64,000 nucleotides of DNA from a plasmid. This document shows positions 7,839-16,756 of the stretch, piece by piece. Each line of letters begins with the position of its first letter. The stretch's first letter is position 1. Under the pieces are notes generated by a model. It did not search any database, had not been told where the DNA came from, and saw only the letters and a program-made list of their open reading frames with translations. The position numbers were made by a program, and so were the translations under genes. The stretch lies in sequence record NZ_CP118990.1; one strand, given 5' to 3'.

Positions 7839-8336
7839 ATGGCTGAAATGAGCAATTTTGGGGAAAGCTTCAAGCTTTATTCCGACGGGCAACGAGATCC
7901 TGTCAAGCGCACAGGCCTGAACGTCCAGTACACAGAGACTCGGGCCAACTACCCGACAATCAGCATCGAGATCGCTCCCATCCGGGCGGCAGGAGCAAAA
8001 GCAGACTGGGAGCAGAAGATCACAGTACAACTGACCAGGGCAGAGCTGACCGCGTTCTGCGGTGTGATGTTTGGGCTCAGGAAGGATGCCACAGGGTCAT
8101 ACCATGGTGACGCCAACAACAAGAGCTTCGCGACATACTGCAACGGCAAGTCCGGCGTCGCCATCCTTCTCATGGCACGAGGGAACCAGTACCAGCACCT
8201 CATTACACCCGATGACCGAATGGAGCTAGCTGTATTCGCGATAAGGAGGTTGGCTGAGGCATGGAAGGTCACCCCTTCTGATGCGATTGCGATGCTCCGT
8301 CAAGGGGCGTGGATGAGCAAGAATCAGGTAAATTAG
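7839..8336 (+). CDS. Hypothetical protein (165 aa)
   Basis: RBS-like GAGGGTGAG upstream. Followed by an intrinsic terminator. Confidence 0.45.
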   Translation: MAEMSNFGESFKLYSDGQRDPVKRTGLNVQYTETRANYPTISIEIAPIRAAGAKADWEQKITVQLTRAELTAFCGVMFGLRKDATGSYHGDANNKSFATYCNGKSGVAILLMARGNQYQHLITPDDRMELAVFAIRRLAEAWKVTPSDAIAMLRQGAWMSKNQVN

Positions 8337-8352
8337 AATGGGTTAGATAATG

Positions 8353-8379
8353 AAAATCCCGCTTGAGCGGGCTTTTCGA
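8353..8379 (+). terminator. Rho-independent terminator
   Basis: aaaatCCCGCTTGAGCGGGcttttcg: GC hairpin followed by T-run. Confidence 0.55.
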
Positions 8380-8589
8380 AATTTGGGGTGGCCCTGCATG
8401 ACAGGGCCAGTACGAACCTAGTGTCATCACCAGTAAGGTAGCTGGGAGAGGACGGAGCCTAGAAGTAGAGATCCCGCTAGGTCCTCTTATTTTCAATTGG
8501 CTACTCTTGTCTGCTCTTGATTTGCACTTGTTTAATACTGATTCCGCCGCGGTTACTCTCCTCCTGCACCTGACCAAACGGAGAGAAAT

Positions 8590-9136
8590 TATGCGCTATC
8601 ACTCACCTCTGCACGACCCGCTGACTCAAGATGAACTCAATGCACTTAGAGCCTCACTCTCTGCAAAAGAGTTCCAGCATGACTTATTCCGAGCATTCCT
8701 GTTCGTATGCGAGACAGGGTTGAGTTGGGAGGATGTTTACCTCCTAAAGTGGACGCAAATCGATAGGGAAAACCACCTGCTGGTTCACGACTATGAACGA
8801 ATCAATGGACATCAAACCCAACGCCTTTCGCAGTTCGCATTGAATGTTTTGCCCGAGCAGAGCAGCAGCAAGGTCTTTCCTGATCTACATTTCGAGCTCA
8901 TTCAAGACCGATATGGGGAATGGTGCTCGTCTGACCTATGGGTCTGGGGGAAGAGATCAAATATCAAGCGCGGGTTTTGTCTTGAGGCTGCTGGGGCCAC
9001 CTTCGTTACCAAAATGACAGCTCAACACGTTGATGAGCATGAGCTCGCAAAAATGCTGAACATTACCGAGCTCGACTTACGTTGGATTTACCCAATACGT
9101 TCATTTAACCCGATTGACCTAATGTTCCTCTCCTAA
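8590..9136 (+). CDS. Hypothetical protein with weak, degenerate tyrosine-recombinase-like catalytic-domain features
   Basis: ORF track gives 8507-9136. Likely start MRYHSPL at 8590 (GGAGAGAAATT upstream). TGLSWEDVYLLKWTQID resembles integrase box I, but canonical HxxR/Y are not evident. Confidence 0.3.
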
Positions 9137-9173
9137 ACGTTGTCCTGAGCGAACAAGGAAACCTGATCGCATC

Positions 9174-10286
9174 ATGCCGCTAAAGTGCTTGCACCACCAC
9201 ACCACCATCTTCGCCTTTGATTTCGATGCAGCAGGTTGGGAGAAACTGAAAGCCAGCAACCGAGCAGATGCCGGCCTCATAATGACATGCTGCCAGGCCC
9301 GAGCGGTCCCGAAGGTATCCAAGCTCGGCACCCGGTTCTTTGCACATCACAAGAGTGGCGAATGTACCAGCACACCGGAGACAGCGGAGCACCTATGGGC
9401 CAAGACCATCGTCTGTCAGGCTGCCCGAGCGGCAGGGTGGACAGCCGATACGGAGGTAAGGGGCCAAACTCCGGCCGGTGAAGACTGGGTGGCCGATGTG
9501 CTATCCACCAAAGGCAGCGCTAAGGTCGCCATCGAGATCCAGTGGTCACGCCAAGGCACCGAAGAGACCCAGCGCCGTCAGCGTCGCTATGCCGACTCTG
9601 GAGTGCGAGCATTATGGCTACTGCGTCACCCTGACCTGCTGGTGGAGCGGGGCACGCCATCGTTCTTGTTGGATGTCCGAGCGAGTGAGTCAGCAGCCTT
9701 CGTGCGACTCCCATCAAGCCAATTCGATCCGCGCTGGGTCACCAACCGCAACAAGAGCGAAGCGGAATATTGGCAGCAAACCATCGCGCTGGAGACGTTC
9801 GTCCGTGGAGCCCTGACCGGCTCATTAAAGTTCGCCCCGGCGATTGACCAGCCCATACCGGTGACCATCAGTGCCACAAAGATCCGGTGCTGGCGCTGTA
9901 AGCGTGAGACCTGGACGGTACAAGGGCTTACCCTGGAGGTCAGTACGCGGTTCGCGGGTCACCCAGACCTGCACACGAGCCTTGAAGAGCTCGATAGCGG
10001 GGAGGAGACTGCACCGTGGCTGGCTAACTTGTTCCCGGCCGCACTGTTGAAGCAACACGGGATAGGCGTGATCAAGCCGCGCTTTAGCCGCACAGCAGGA
10101 TGCAGCTATCTATCGAACGGCTGTACACACTGCGACGCCCTCCAGGGTCGCCACTTTGACCACGACGATTACCAGGAAGCGACCGACGTCTGCCAGTATG
10201 AAGTCACCCTGAGTAGTGAGTTGCTAGAGCAACTGGCTACCGTGGGCAACGATATTGCCTATCGCTGGTGGTTTGCAGAGAGGTAA
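9174..10286 (+). CDS. Hypothetical protein with PD-(D/E)xK-like core and C-terminal Cys-rich zinc ribbon
   Basis: 370 aa. EDWVADVL...VAIEIQW, then CWRCKRETW...CSYLSNGCTHCD. Confidence 0.35.
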   Translation: MPLKCLHHHTTIFAFDFDAAGWEKLKASNRADAGLIMTCCQARAVPKVSKLGTRFFAHHKSGECTSTPETAEHLWAKTIVCQAARAAGWTADTEVRGQTPAGEDWVADVLSTKGSAKVAIEIQWSRQGTEETQRRQRRYADSGVRALWLLRHPDLLVERGTPSFLLDVRASESAAFVRLPSSQFDPRWVTNRNKSEAEYWQQTIALETFVRGALTGSLKFAPAIDQPIPVTISATKIRCWRCKRETWTVQGLTLEVSTRFAGHPDLHTSLEELDSGEETAPWLANLFPAALLKQHGIGVIKPRFSRTAGCSYLSNGCTHCDALQGRHFDHDDYQEATDVCQYEVTLSSELLEQLATVGNDIAYRWWFAER

Positions 10287-10306
10287 ACGTGGCCGGTTTC
10301 TTCATA

Positions 10307-10592
10307 AATTAGACCATCATGCAGCGAGGGGTAGAAAGCCCCACACCAACCCCCGAGGCCTACCTTTTACCCCGGCGCCGCTCCACTGAGCGCGTCTCTT
10401 CTTTCTCTCTCTTTTTCTCTCTTTCTCAATCTAATCTCCCGCGAGCGCGGGCCTAGCACAGGGGCTGAGCTCGTTCGGGGGTAAGGCTCACCGGGTCCAA
10501 CATTGTCACGATAAAACATCGGGCTCACCCTCCCCCGACGCCGCGCAGCGGCGGCGATCATCTCTTATACCCCTCGTTGCATGATGGTCTAA
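10307..10592. repeat. MITE-like element: 24-bp terminal inverted repeats flanking 238 bp that include a CT-rich low-complexity tract
   Basis: ATTAGACCATCATGCAGCGAGGGG (10307-10330) versus CCCCTCGTTGCATGATGGTCTAAT (10569-10592), one mismatch. CT tract at about 10391-10440. Confidence 0.6.
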
Positions 10593-10648
10593 TATTGCCT
10601 ATTCTCTAACCAATATTCTATCGGTACAAACCCCAGGTAAGGACCTCC

Positions 10649-11530
10649 ATGCAGACTAACTTCATCTCCGAACAGTACACAGCCATCACCCGTGACCTCG
10701 ATCGCCTCGCAACTCTCATCCGGCGCCTGCCCCATCGCGACGCCCGTGTCGCGGCCATCACACCCACGGCCAAAGGCTCCGAAAGCGAGCCTACAACCAA
10801 CATTGTTGTCCTGGAACAAACCGGGAGCGATGCCCTGGCGCTCGCCGCCGACTGCTACCGGGATCTCCACATCATCCCCCAGCTCTCCCAGAAGTCGGCC
10901 CGCCGAACCGTCGGCGTATTGTGGCTCTCCCCTTCCCAGAGCGGCGCGGCCGCCACTGACGAGCTCCGGCAGCTGGTGGACCGCATCAACACCGCCAAGG
11001 CCGGTATCGAGACGTTCATCGTCTCCAACTACGGCACCCGCCAGGAGCGTTTTGAGGCACTCCGGGCCGAATGCCCCGGCGTGATGACCCTGCACCTGTA
11101 CCGGCAGATCCGGTGCTATGCCGAGGGGGACGTGGATTCTATCCGGTTCACCTGGCAGCAGAAGGACTCGCTCAAACGGCCCGACAAAGATGAGCTGATG
11201 CGCCGGATCCGGGTTGAACTGGAGAAAGCAGGGCCAGATTTTCGGCCGCAGCTGGAGGAGCTGCTCGACAAGATTTCCGGCACCCCCGAGGCAGCGCTGC
11301 GCGAGCGCCGGGAGGTAAAGGTGCAGCCGGTGGCAAACATCATGGCCGCGGGGGCACTGAGAACGGTGACGGCACCGATGCCTCTGATCCTGCTCCAGGA
11401 TGCTGATGCCAAGATCAAGATGCTCAAGTCGTTTGACCCGAAGGCAGGGCGCAAAACGCGGAACGACCGGGTGGAATCCCGTGTTATCGGGACATTTTGC
11501 GGGGTCGCCATCGAGGCATTTCCGTTGTGA
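10649..11530 (+). CDS. tus: Tus-like DNA replication terminus-site-binding protein homologue
   Basis: 293 aa. C-terminal half aligns by eye with E. coli Tus: IRFTWQQK...ELEKAG vs LRFGWANK...QLEKSL, and REVKVQPVANI...APMPLILL vs RPVKVQPIARV...CPTPLIAL. High-GC gene. Confidence 0.55.
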   Translation: MQTNFISEQYTAITRDLDRLATLIRRLPHRDARVAAITPTAKGSESEPTTNIVVLEQTGSDALALAADCYRDLHIIPQLSQKSARRTVGVLWLSPSQSGAAATDELRQLVDRINTAKAGIETFIVSNYGTRQERFEALRAECPGVMTLHLYRQIRCYAEGDVDSIRFTWQQKDSLKRPDKDELMRRIRVELEKAGPDFRPQLEELLDKISGTPEAALRERREVKVQPVANIMAAGALRTVTAPMPLILLQDADAKIKMLKSFDPKAGRKTRNDRVESRVIGTFCGVAIEAFPL

Positions 11531-11668
11531 TGACATGACGGGATAAGCAAGGTGGGCCGTTGAAAACGGCCATATCCGGGGTTTGGGGAGCAATGGAACC
11601 AAAAACCAACGTAAGCTCTGAATCCCACCGTAAAGGGGCTTTCCGATCTCCAGCTCACCCGCCAGGCA

Positions 11669-12067
11669 TTACTCTCTGATCAGTGCCTCGATGATCGGGC
11701 AGATCGTTCCGCCGTCTCCCGCATCACATTGCTGCACCAGTTCGCCTAACAGTTGCTGCATGACGACCAAGTCGGCCATCTTCTGCTCGATCAACGCGAG
11801 CTTGCGTGCAGCCCGTGCTCGCGTTTCGGCACAGGCGCACGACTCATCCAGCGTCAGCAGTCCACCGACTTCCGAGAGCGTGAAACCCAGCGCCTGAGCC
11901 CGCTTGATGAAACGCAGTCGCTTCACCATGTCCACCGGATAGCGCCGATGGCCACCCAAGGGTTTGGCTGGTTCATCCAGCAGCCCGCGTCGCTGGTAGT
12001 AGCGGATCGTCTCGACGTTCACCCCGGCGGCGTCTGCCAGCTTGCCAATGGTCAGCTCTGTGGCCAT
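11669..12067 (-). CDS. merR: MerR-family metal-responsive transcriptional regulator, divergent from merT
   Basis: [30 protein letters not shown]-terminal Cys cluster (DESCACAE, QQCDAGDGGTICP). Confidence 0.75.
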   Translation of the reverse strand: MATELTIGKLADAAGVNVETIRYYQRRGLLDEPAKPLGGHRRYPVDMVKRLRFIKRAQALGFTLSEVGGLLTLDESCACAETRARAARKLALIEQKMADLVVMQQLLGELVQQCDAGDGGTICPIIEALIRE

Positions 12068-12070
12068 CAC

Positions 12071-12135
12071 TTTCTCCTTGATTCCGTACTTTGGTACGGA
12101 GTTTAGAATAGCACCTAGGCAATCAGGCTCAGGAG
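12071..12135. promoter_or_regulatory. mer operator/promoter dyad
   Basis: TCCGTACtttgGTACGGA between divergent merR and merT. Confidence 0.6.
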
Positions 12136-12492
12136 ATGGGAATGGGGATGCAACTCACCGGGAAAGGCTCGCTGGTCGCGAGTTCGCTGACCGCCATCGG
12201 TGCGTCGGTGTGCTGTGTCGGGCCACTGGTGCTGTTGGCACTCGGTGTCGGCGGTACGTGGGTGGGCGCTCTGACCATGATGGAGCCACTACGCCCCCTC
12301 TTCATCGGGTTGACTCTACTGTTCCTGGGATTGGCATTCCGCAAGCTCTACCTGGTGCCACAGGTTTGTACGCCAGGTACACCCTGCGCCGATCCGCGCA
12401 CGCTCGTGCGACAGCGACTCGTGTTCTGGATCGTCAGCGTGCTGCTGCTCGGCCTATTGGCCGTGCCGTGGCTCGCCCCGCTGTTCTACTGA
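12136..12492 (+). CDS. merT: Mercuric ion transport protein MerT
   Basis: TM1 Cys pair (SVCCVGPLVLL) and cytoplasmic-loop Cys pair (CTPGTPC). Paralogous to the copy at 20088-20438. Confidence 0.85.
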   Translation: MGMGMQLTGKGSLVASSLTAIGASVCCVGPLVLLALGVGGTWVGALTMMEPLRPLFIGLTLLFLGLAFRKLYLVPQVCTPGTPCADPRTLVRQRLVFWIVSVLLLGLLAVPWLAPLFY

Positions 12493-12504
12493 AGGAGATT
12501 AACC

Positions 12505-12780
12505 ATGCGCAAACTGCTGATCGCCGTGCTTTTCGCCTTGCCCTTCGTGGCGCTGGCGGCTCCCCCGAAAACCGTCACGCTCGACGTGCAGAACATGACG
12601 TGCGGACTCTGTCCGATCACGGTCAAGAAGTCGCTGGAGAAGGTGTCCGGCGTGAGTGACGTCCAGGTCAATTTCGACCAGAAGACGGCGACCGTCACCT
12701 ACGATCCCGATAAGGCCCAGCCCGAGGCACTGACTGAGGCGACCGCGAACGCGGGATACCCCTCCACAGTGCAGAAGTGA
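12505..12780 (+). CDS. merP: Periplasmic mercury-binding protein MerP
   Basis: Signal peptide plus HMA motif MTCGLCP. Confidence 0.9.
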   Translation: MRKLLIAVLFALPFVALAAPPKTVTLDVQNMTCGLCPITVKKSLEKVSGVSDVQVNFDQKTATVTYDPDKAQPEALTEATANAGYPSTVQK

Positions 12781-12787
12781 GGTCACG

Positions 12788-13000
12788 ATGAGCGCCATTG
12801 TCCTTGAGTCCGTGCTGACTTGCCCGCGCTGCGGCTTCGCCAAGCCGGAAACCATGCCCACGGACGCCTGCCAGTTCTATTACGAGTGCAGCAACTGCAA
12901 GGCGCTGCTGCGCCCCAACCCAGGGGATTGCTGCGTTTTCTGTTCGTTCGGCTCGGTGAAGTGCCCGCCGATCCAGCAGCAGCTTGGGTGTTGCTCATAG
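12788..13000 (+). CDS. Small Cys-rich GDCCVxC-motif protein (mer-locus associated)
   Basis: 70 aa with about 10 Cys, including GDCCVFC. Confidence 0.5.
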   Translation: MSAIVLESVLTCPRCGFAKPETMPTDACQFYYECSNCKALLRPNPGDCCVFCSFGSVKCPPIQQQLGCCS

Positions 13001-13006
13001 CGTTTA

Positions 13007-13044
13007 GGGGGATCACAGGTCGTCGTCTGGATTACGCAGTGGCC
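13007..13044 (+). repeat. Candidate Tn3-family terminal inverted repeat
   Basis: GGGGGATCACAGGTCGTCGTCTGGATTACGCAGTGGCC. Starts with G-run and overlaps the tnpA 3' end, as is typical. No matching inverted partner found in the window. Confidence 0.4.
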
Positions 13045-16006
13045 GCAGCTCGCCGCGCGCAACTTCTTCCGGTACCGCAAAGGAATACCGCCCGAGCATG
13101 TTGATGTGCTCGTAGATCAGCGGCGATAGCCGGGCCAAATCCTCTTCCAGCACTGGATAGCCGTGCTGCTTGAGCCGTTCCACGGCCGCCGTCATGTAGA
13201 GGGTGTTCCACAGCACGATGATGTTCACCACCAGGCCCAGAGCACCGAGCTGGTCTTCCTGGCCTTCGCGGTAGCGCTGGCGGAGCTCGCCGCGTTTGCC
13301 GTGGAACACGGCGCGGGCCAGGCTGTGCCCGCCTTCGCCTCGGTTCAACTGGGTCAGGGTGGCGCGGCGCTTGGACTCGTCGTCGATATAGGTCAACGTG
13401 TGCAGAGTCTTTTCGATCCGCCCGAATTCGGCCAGCGCCTGGGCCAGCCGGGTGGGTCTATCTCCCGTTTGCAGCGTGCGCATGATGCCAGTCGCCGGCA
13501 CCCGGCCGAGTTTGAGCGAGCCGGCCAGGCGCAGCAGGTCGTCCCAGTGCTCGGCGATCAGGTCGAGTTTGACCGACTGGCGGGCCAGCCCGTTGAGCTT
13601 GCCGTAGTCCGCGTCCGGGCGCGTGCGCCAGAAGCGGGTACCGCCGACATCGGCCAGCCGCGGACTGAAGTGGTAGCCAAGTAGGCGGAAGAGCCCGAAC
13701 ACCACATCGCTGTAGGCCCCGGTGTCGGTCATGATTTGCGTCGGCTGCAACTCGGTCTGCTGTTCCAGCACGACCGCCAGCAACACCAGGCTGTCGCGCA
13801 GCGTGCCGGGCACGGTGATGGCGTTGAGGCCGGAGAATTGGTCGGAAATCAGGTTGTACCAGGTGACACCCCGGCCGGTGCCGAAATACTTCGGATTGGG
13901 GCCGGCATGCACGGTGCGCACCGGTATGACGAAGCGCATGCCATCGGCGGAGGCGACCTCGCCGCCACCCCAGACTTGGGCCAGTTCCAGTTGGCTTTGC
14001 GCTCCGACCAGGATGGCGTTAGCCGCTGACAGGGTGTCGTCGCGGATATAATTCTGGCTGACCCAGGACAGCCGGTCACGGCGCAGCGCCGGGTTGTCGG
14101 TGCGGATCAAGGGCTCCAGGCCGGTGTTGCAGGCCCCGCCCAACAGCACCGCGCAGAGGCTGGTGACCAGGTTGTCGGCGCGTGCATTGCGTTCGGAGAC
14201 ATGGGTGAAGGCCTCGGAAAAGCCAGTGCGGGCGGCGATTTCCAAGAGGATTTCCGGCAGATCGACACGCGGCATCAGGTCAGACACGGCCGCCCGCAGT
14301 TGCAGCAACGAGCAGGGCTCGTCCAGCTTGTCCAGCGCCCCGAGCGACAGTTCGGTCTTGCCCTCGGTGTTCTCGCTCAGTTGAATCGCCGGGTTGTCGG
14401 GCAGGCGCGCGGCTACTGCCAGCCAGGTTGCATCCAGCTCGACGGACAAGGCGTCCAGGGTGGTTTTGGCGTCGATGGTCACGCCCAGTGACCGGCAGAT
14501 GATCGGTCGCGCCGCCAGCCATTCGGCACCGTCGAGCAGGCCAAGGCGCGGGTCGGCATAGCGCCAACTGGGCGAGACGAAGACATCGCGGCGGCGCAGG
14601 GCCGTGCGCAGCGCATCGAGCGTGCAGAACACATAGGCACCCATGTCGAGGGAGCCATCTTCGCGGGTGATGTGCTTCTGCCAAGCCTTGGCCACGATCT
14701 CCTGCGGCGCGTCATCCTCTGGCTTCCGGCGCGGCAGGTTCAGTTGCAGCCACTCCAGACTAGCCGCCACGCCCTTGCCGGCCGGGCTGAAGCCGAAGCG
14801 GATGTGCTTGAGCAGGTCGGGCAGGAAGCGGCGCACGCTGCGGTAGCGCGCTTCCAATGCAAGAAAATAGACGTCATCTACCGGGCGGATCAGCGCGTTG
14901 ACCTCTTCCAGGGCCTTTTCCAGGGTGGTCCTCGGCAGGTCGTTGAACAGCCGGGCGCGCACGTTGTCATCGCTGATCGAGCTGTCCAGCACGACCTTGC
15001 ACGCGGCGGCGAGCGTCGCGGCCGACCGATCCAGGTCTTTCAGGCTGCGCATGCGGGCTTTCTTGTCGGCCTTCTCCGCGTTGCTGAACAGGTCGCGCAG
15101 CAAGGCCTCCAGGACTTCCAGTGCGTCGTCGTGCGCAGTCGCCTCCAGGCAGAGTGCGAAGGCCACCAGTGTCGCCATCCGCCGCGACGCCGGCAGCCGA
15201 TTAATCGCGGTGACCTTGGCCGTGTTGGCGAAGCGGGCCAGGGCGGCGATACGGCTGGGAGGGATGTGCGCCGCCGCCGGCAAGGTGATGCCGATGCCGC
15301 GCACGTCATCGAGCCGGCGCAGTGCCCGAATCAACGCGGGGCCACTGACCATGACCGGGCCGGAGCGCAATTGATCCAGCCGGGAGCTGCGGTTGCCTTC
15401 GGCCACCGTCAGCAAGTCTTGCAGTTGCAATCGCTGTTCCTCAGTCACGCTGCGGCCCAGCGTAAACCAGAGGCGTTCTTCGACCCGACTGCGCAACTGG
15501 GCGATAAAGCGCTCTAGTTGAGACACACCAGGCAGGAGGACTTTCTGTGTGAACAGCCACGAGGTGGCTCGCTCAAACAGCACTCCCGGCCGGTCGGTGC
15601 CCGTCCAGCAGAGGGCATACAGCCAGCGGCTCAAGCGAAAGCCGATGCCCGGATCGGTGAAATGACGATAGCCAAAGCGGTTCTGAATATCGGTGGCATG
15701 TATCCAGCGGCGATGATCGCTATAGCGCTGGAGGCAGTCGGGGTCTGGAATCGCCAGTTGTCGGCAAAGCACCTGCAGGACTTCCACCGGCACGGCGGCG
15801 GGCTTGTCCGGCAGAACGCCAACGAAGCGGACGGTGGTCAGCAGAACGGCATAACCCAGACGGTTATGGTTACCCCGCAGCACCTGGATGGCTTCACGGT
15901 CTTCATCGCTCAGGTGGAAGTAACGTTCCAGCTCTTCACGGCTGGGCGAATCAACATAGCGGCCAAAACCGTCGCGTTGCTCTTGAGTCAGAAAACCGAC
16001 CGGCAT
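13013..16006 (-). CDS. tnpA: Tn3-family transposase TnpA
   Basis: 997 aa. Tn3-type DDE transposase. C-terminus similar to the TnpA tail fused in the 40927-41547 remnant. Confidence 0.95.
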   Translation of the reverse strand: MPVGFLTQEQRDGFGRYVDSPSREELERYFHLSDEDREAIQVLRGNHNRLGYAVLLTTVRFVGVLPDKPAAVPVEVLQVLCRQLAIPDPDCLQRYSDHRRWIHATDIQNRFGYRHFTDPGIGFRLSRWLYALCWTGTDRPGVLFERATSWLFTQKVLLPGVSQLERFIAQLRSRVEERLWFTLGRSVTEEQRLQLQDLLTVAEGNRSSRLDQLRSGPVMVSGPALIRALRRLDDVRGIGITLPAAAHIPPSRIAALARFANTAKVTAINRLPASRRMATLVAFALCLEATAHDDALEVLEALLRDLFSNAEKADKKARMRSLKDLDRSAATLAAACKVVLDSSISDDNVRARLFNDLPRTTLEKALEEVNALIRPVDDVYFLALEARYRSVRRFLPDLLKHIRFGFSPAGKGVAASLEWLQLNLPRRKPEDDAPQEIVAKAWQKHITREDGSLDMGAYVFCTLDALRTALRRRDVFVSPSWRYADPRLGLLDGAEWLAARPIICRSLGVTIDAKTTLDALSVELDATWLAVAARLPDNPAIQLSENTEGKTELSLGALDKLDEPCSLLQLRAAVSDLMPRVDLPEILLEIAARTGFSEAFTHVSERNARADNLVTSLCAVLLGGACNTGLEPLIRTDNPALRRDRLSWVSQNYIRDDTLSAANAILVGAQSQLELAQVWGGGEVASADGMRFVIPVRTVHAGPNPKYFGTGRGVTWYNLISDQFSGLNAITVPGTLRDSLVLLAVVLEQQTELQPTQIMTDTGAYSDVVFGLFRLLGYHFSPRLADVGGTRFWRTRPDADYGKLNGLARQSVKLDLIAEHWDDLLRLAGSLKLGRVPATGIMRTLQTGDRPTRLAQALAEFGRIEKTLHTLTYIDDESKRRATLTQLNRGEGGHSLARAVFHGKRGELRQRYREGQEDQLGALGLVVNIIVLWNTLYMTAAVERLKQHGYPVLEEDLARLSPLIYEHINMLGRYSFAVPEEVARGELRPLRNPDDDL

Positions 16007-16009
16007 TGA

Positions 16010-16420
16010 TCACAGCACCTCGACGCAGAACACGGCGGGCGTGACGATCCGCGTGCGTTCGATGTGCCCGCGTTGCAGCAGGCCGGCGCGGCGATCACCG
16101 GTTATCAGGTAGTCCGCATCGCCCGCCAAGGCCATGGCCAGCAAAAACGAGTCATCCGGATCATCGGCTTCGACCTCGATGGTCAGGCGCTCCAGTACCA
16201 CAGCCCGTTGCAGGTTATTGATCATGGCGCCCACCTTGGCGGGCTGTAGGATGGCCTGAAGCTTGGGATAGCGGCTGGCTCGACGAATTTCATCGAGTTG
16301 CATCCGCGAGGTCACCACCTCGAAACGCGCCGCCCGCCAGGCACGGTAGATCGCATCGGGCGCGCCATGTGGCGAGATCAGGGCGCTGAACAGGATGTTG
16401 GTATCCAACACGACCCGCAT
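16010..16420 (-). CDS. vapC: PIN-domain toxin (VapC-like)
   Basis: MRVVLDTNILFSA... with conserved acidic residues; 136 aa. Confidence 0.75.
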   Translation of the reverse strand: MRVVLDTNILFSALISPHGAPDAIYRAWRAARFEVVTSRMQLDEIRRASRYPKLQAILQPAKVGAMINNLQRAVVLERLTIEVEADDPDDSFLLAMALAGDADYLITGDRRAGLLQRGHIERTRIVTPAVFCVEVL

Positions 16421-16659
16421 CAGCGCTTACGTGCCCAGTCGAGCGCTTCGTCAACCGCGTTGGTCAATTCTGCCTCACTCAGATGGGCGTTAGCGGCCTT
16501 GGCCTGCTCAGCGCTCAGCTCCAGGATGTGTGCCCGTACCGCTTCTTCGATGAAGCGCGACAGGTCGCCCTTACGGCCGCCGCCCTGGCTGGCCAGAAAC
16601 ATCCGAAGCGACTGGTCGGTGTCGGCCGAGACGGCGACATTCCAGCGAATGGTATTCAT
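16420..16659 (-). CDS. Cognate antitoxin of the PIN toxin
   Basis: 79 aa. Stop/start overlap with toxin (ATGA). Position between res and toxin is typical of Tn3-family TA passengers. Confidence 0.55.
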   Translation of the reverse strand: MNTIRWNVAVSADTDQSLRMFLASQGGGRKGDLSRFIEEAVRAHILELSAEQAKAANAHLSEAELTNAVDEALDWARKR

Positions 16660-16756
16660 AGCGTTCTCCGCTAATAGGTGTTTGTGTGTTTATACGCCAA
16701 TCACAAAGGGCGATGCAATGGTTCGACAAAACGAACGTATATGTGACAGGTACGAC
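16660..16756. promoter_or_regulatory. res site / divergent promoter region between TA-tnpA and tnpR
   Basis: Intergenic between divergently transcribed recombination genes. Inferred by analogy to Tn3-family organisation. Confidence 0.4.

Noticed and set aside
10391-10440. CT-rich tract considered as a separate microsatellite
   Set aside because: It is internal to the IR-bounded MITE-like element and is reported there.
10589-11602. 337-aa minus-strand ORF overlapping the Tus-like gene
   Set aside because: Antisense to a gene with recognisable homology (Tus). Typical spurious long ORF in high-GC DNA. No motifs.
13163-15517. Several 100-280-aa plus-strand ORFs inside tnpA (13163-13684, 14672-15517, etc.)
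   Set aside because: Antisense to a 997-aa Tn3-family transposase with clear homology. High-GC artefacts.
16298-16756. Upstream extension of the tnpR ORF (357 aa in track)
   Set aside because: The extension overlaps vapC and the antitoxin on the other strand. The conserved resolvase start MLIGYMRVS is at 16757.
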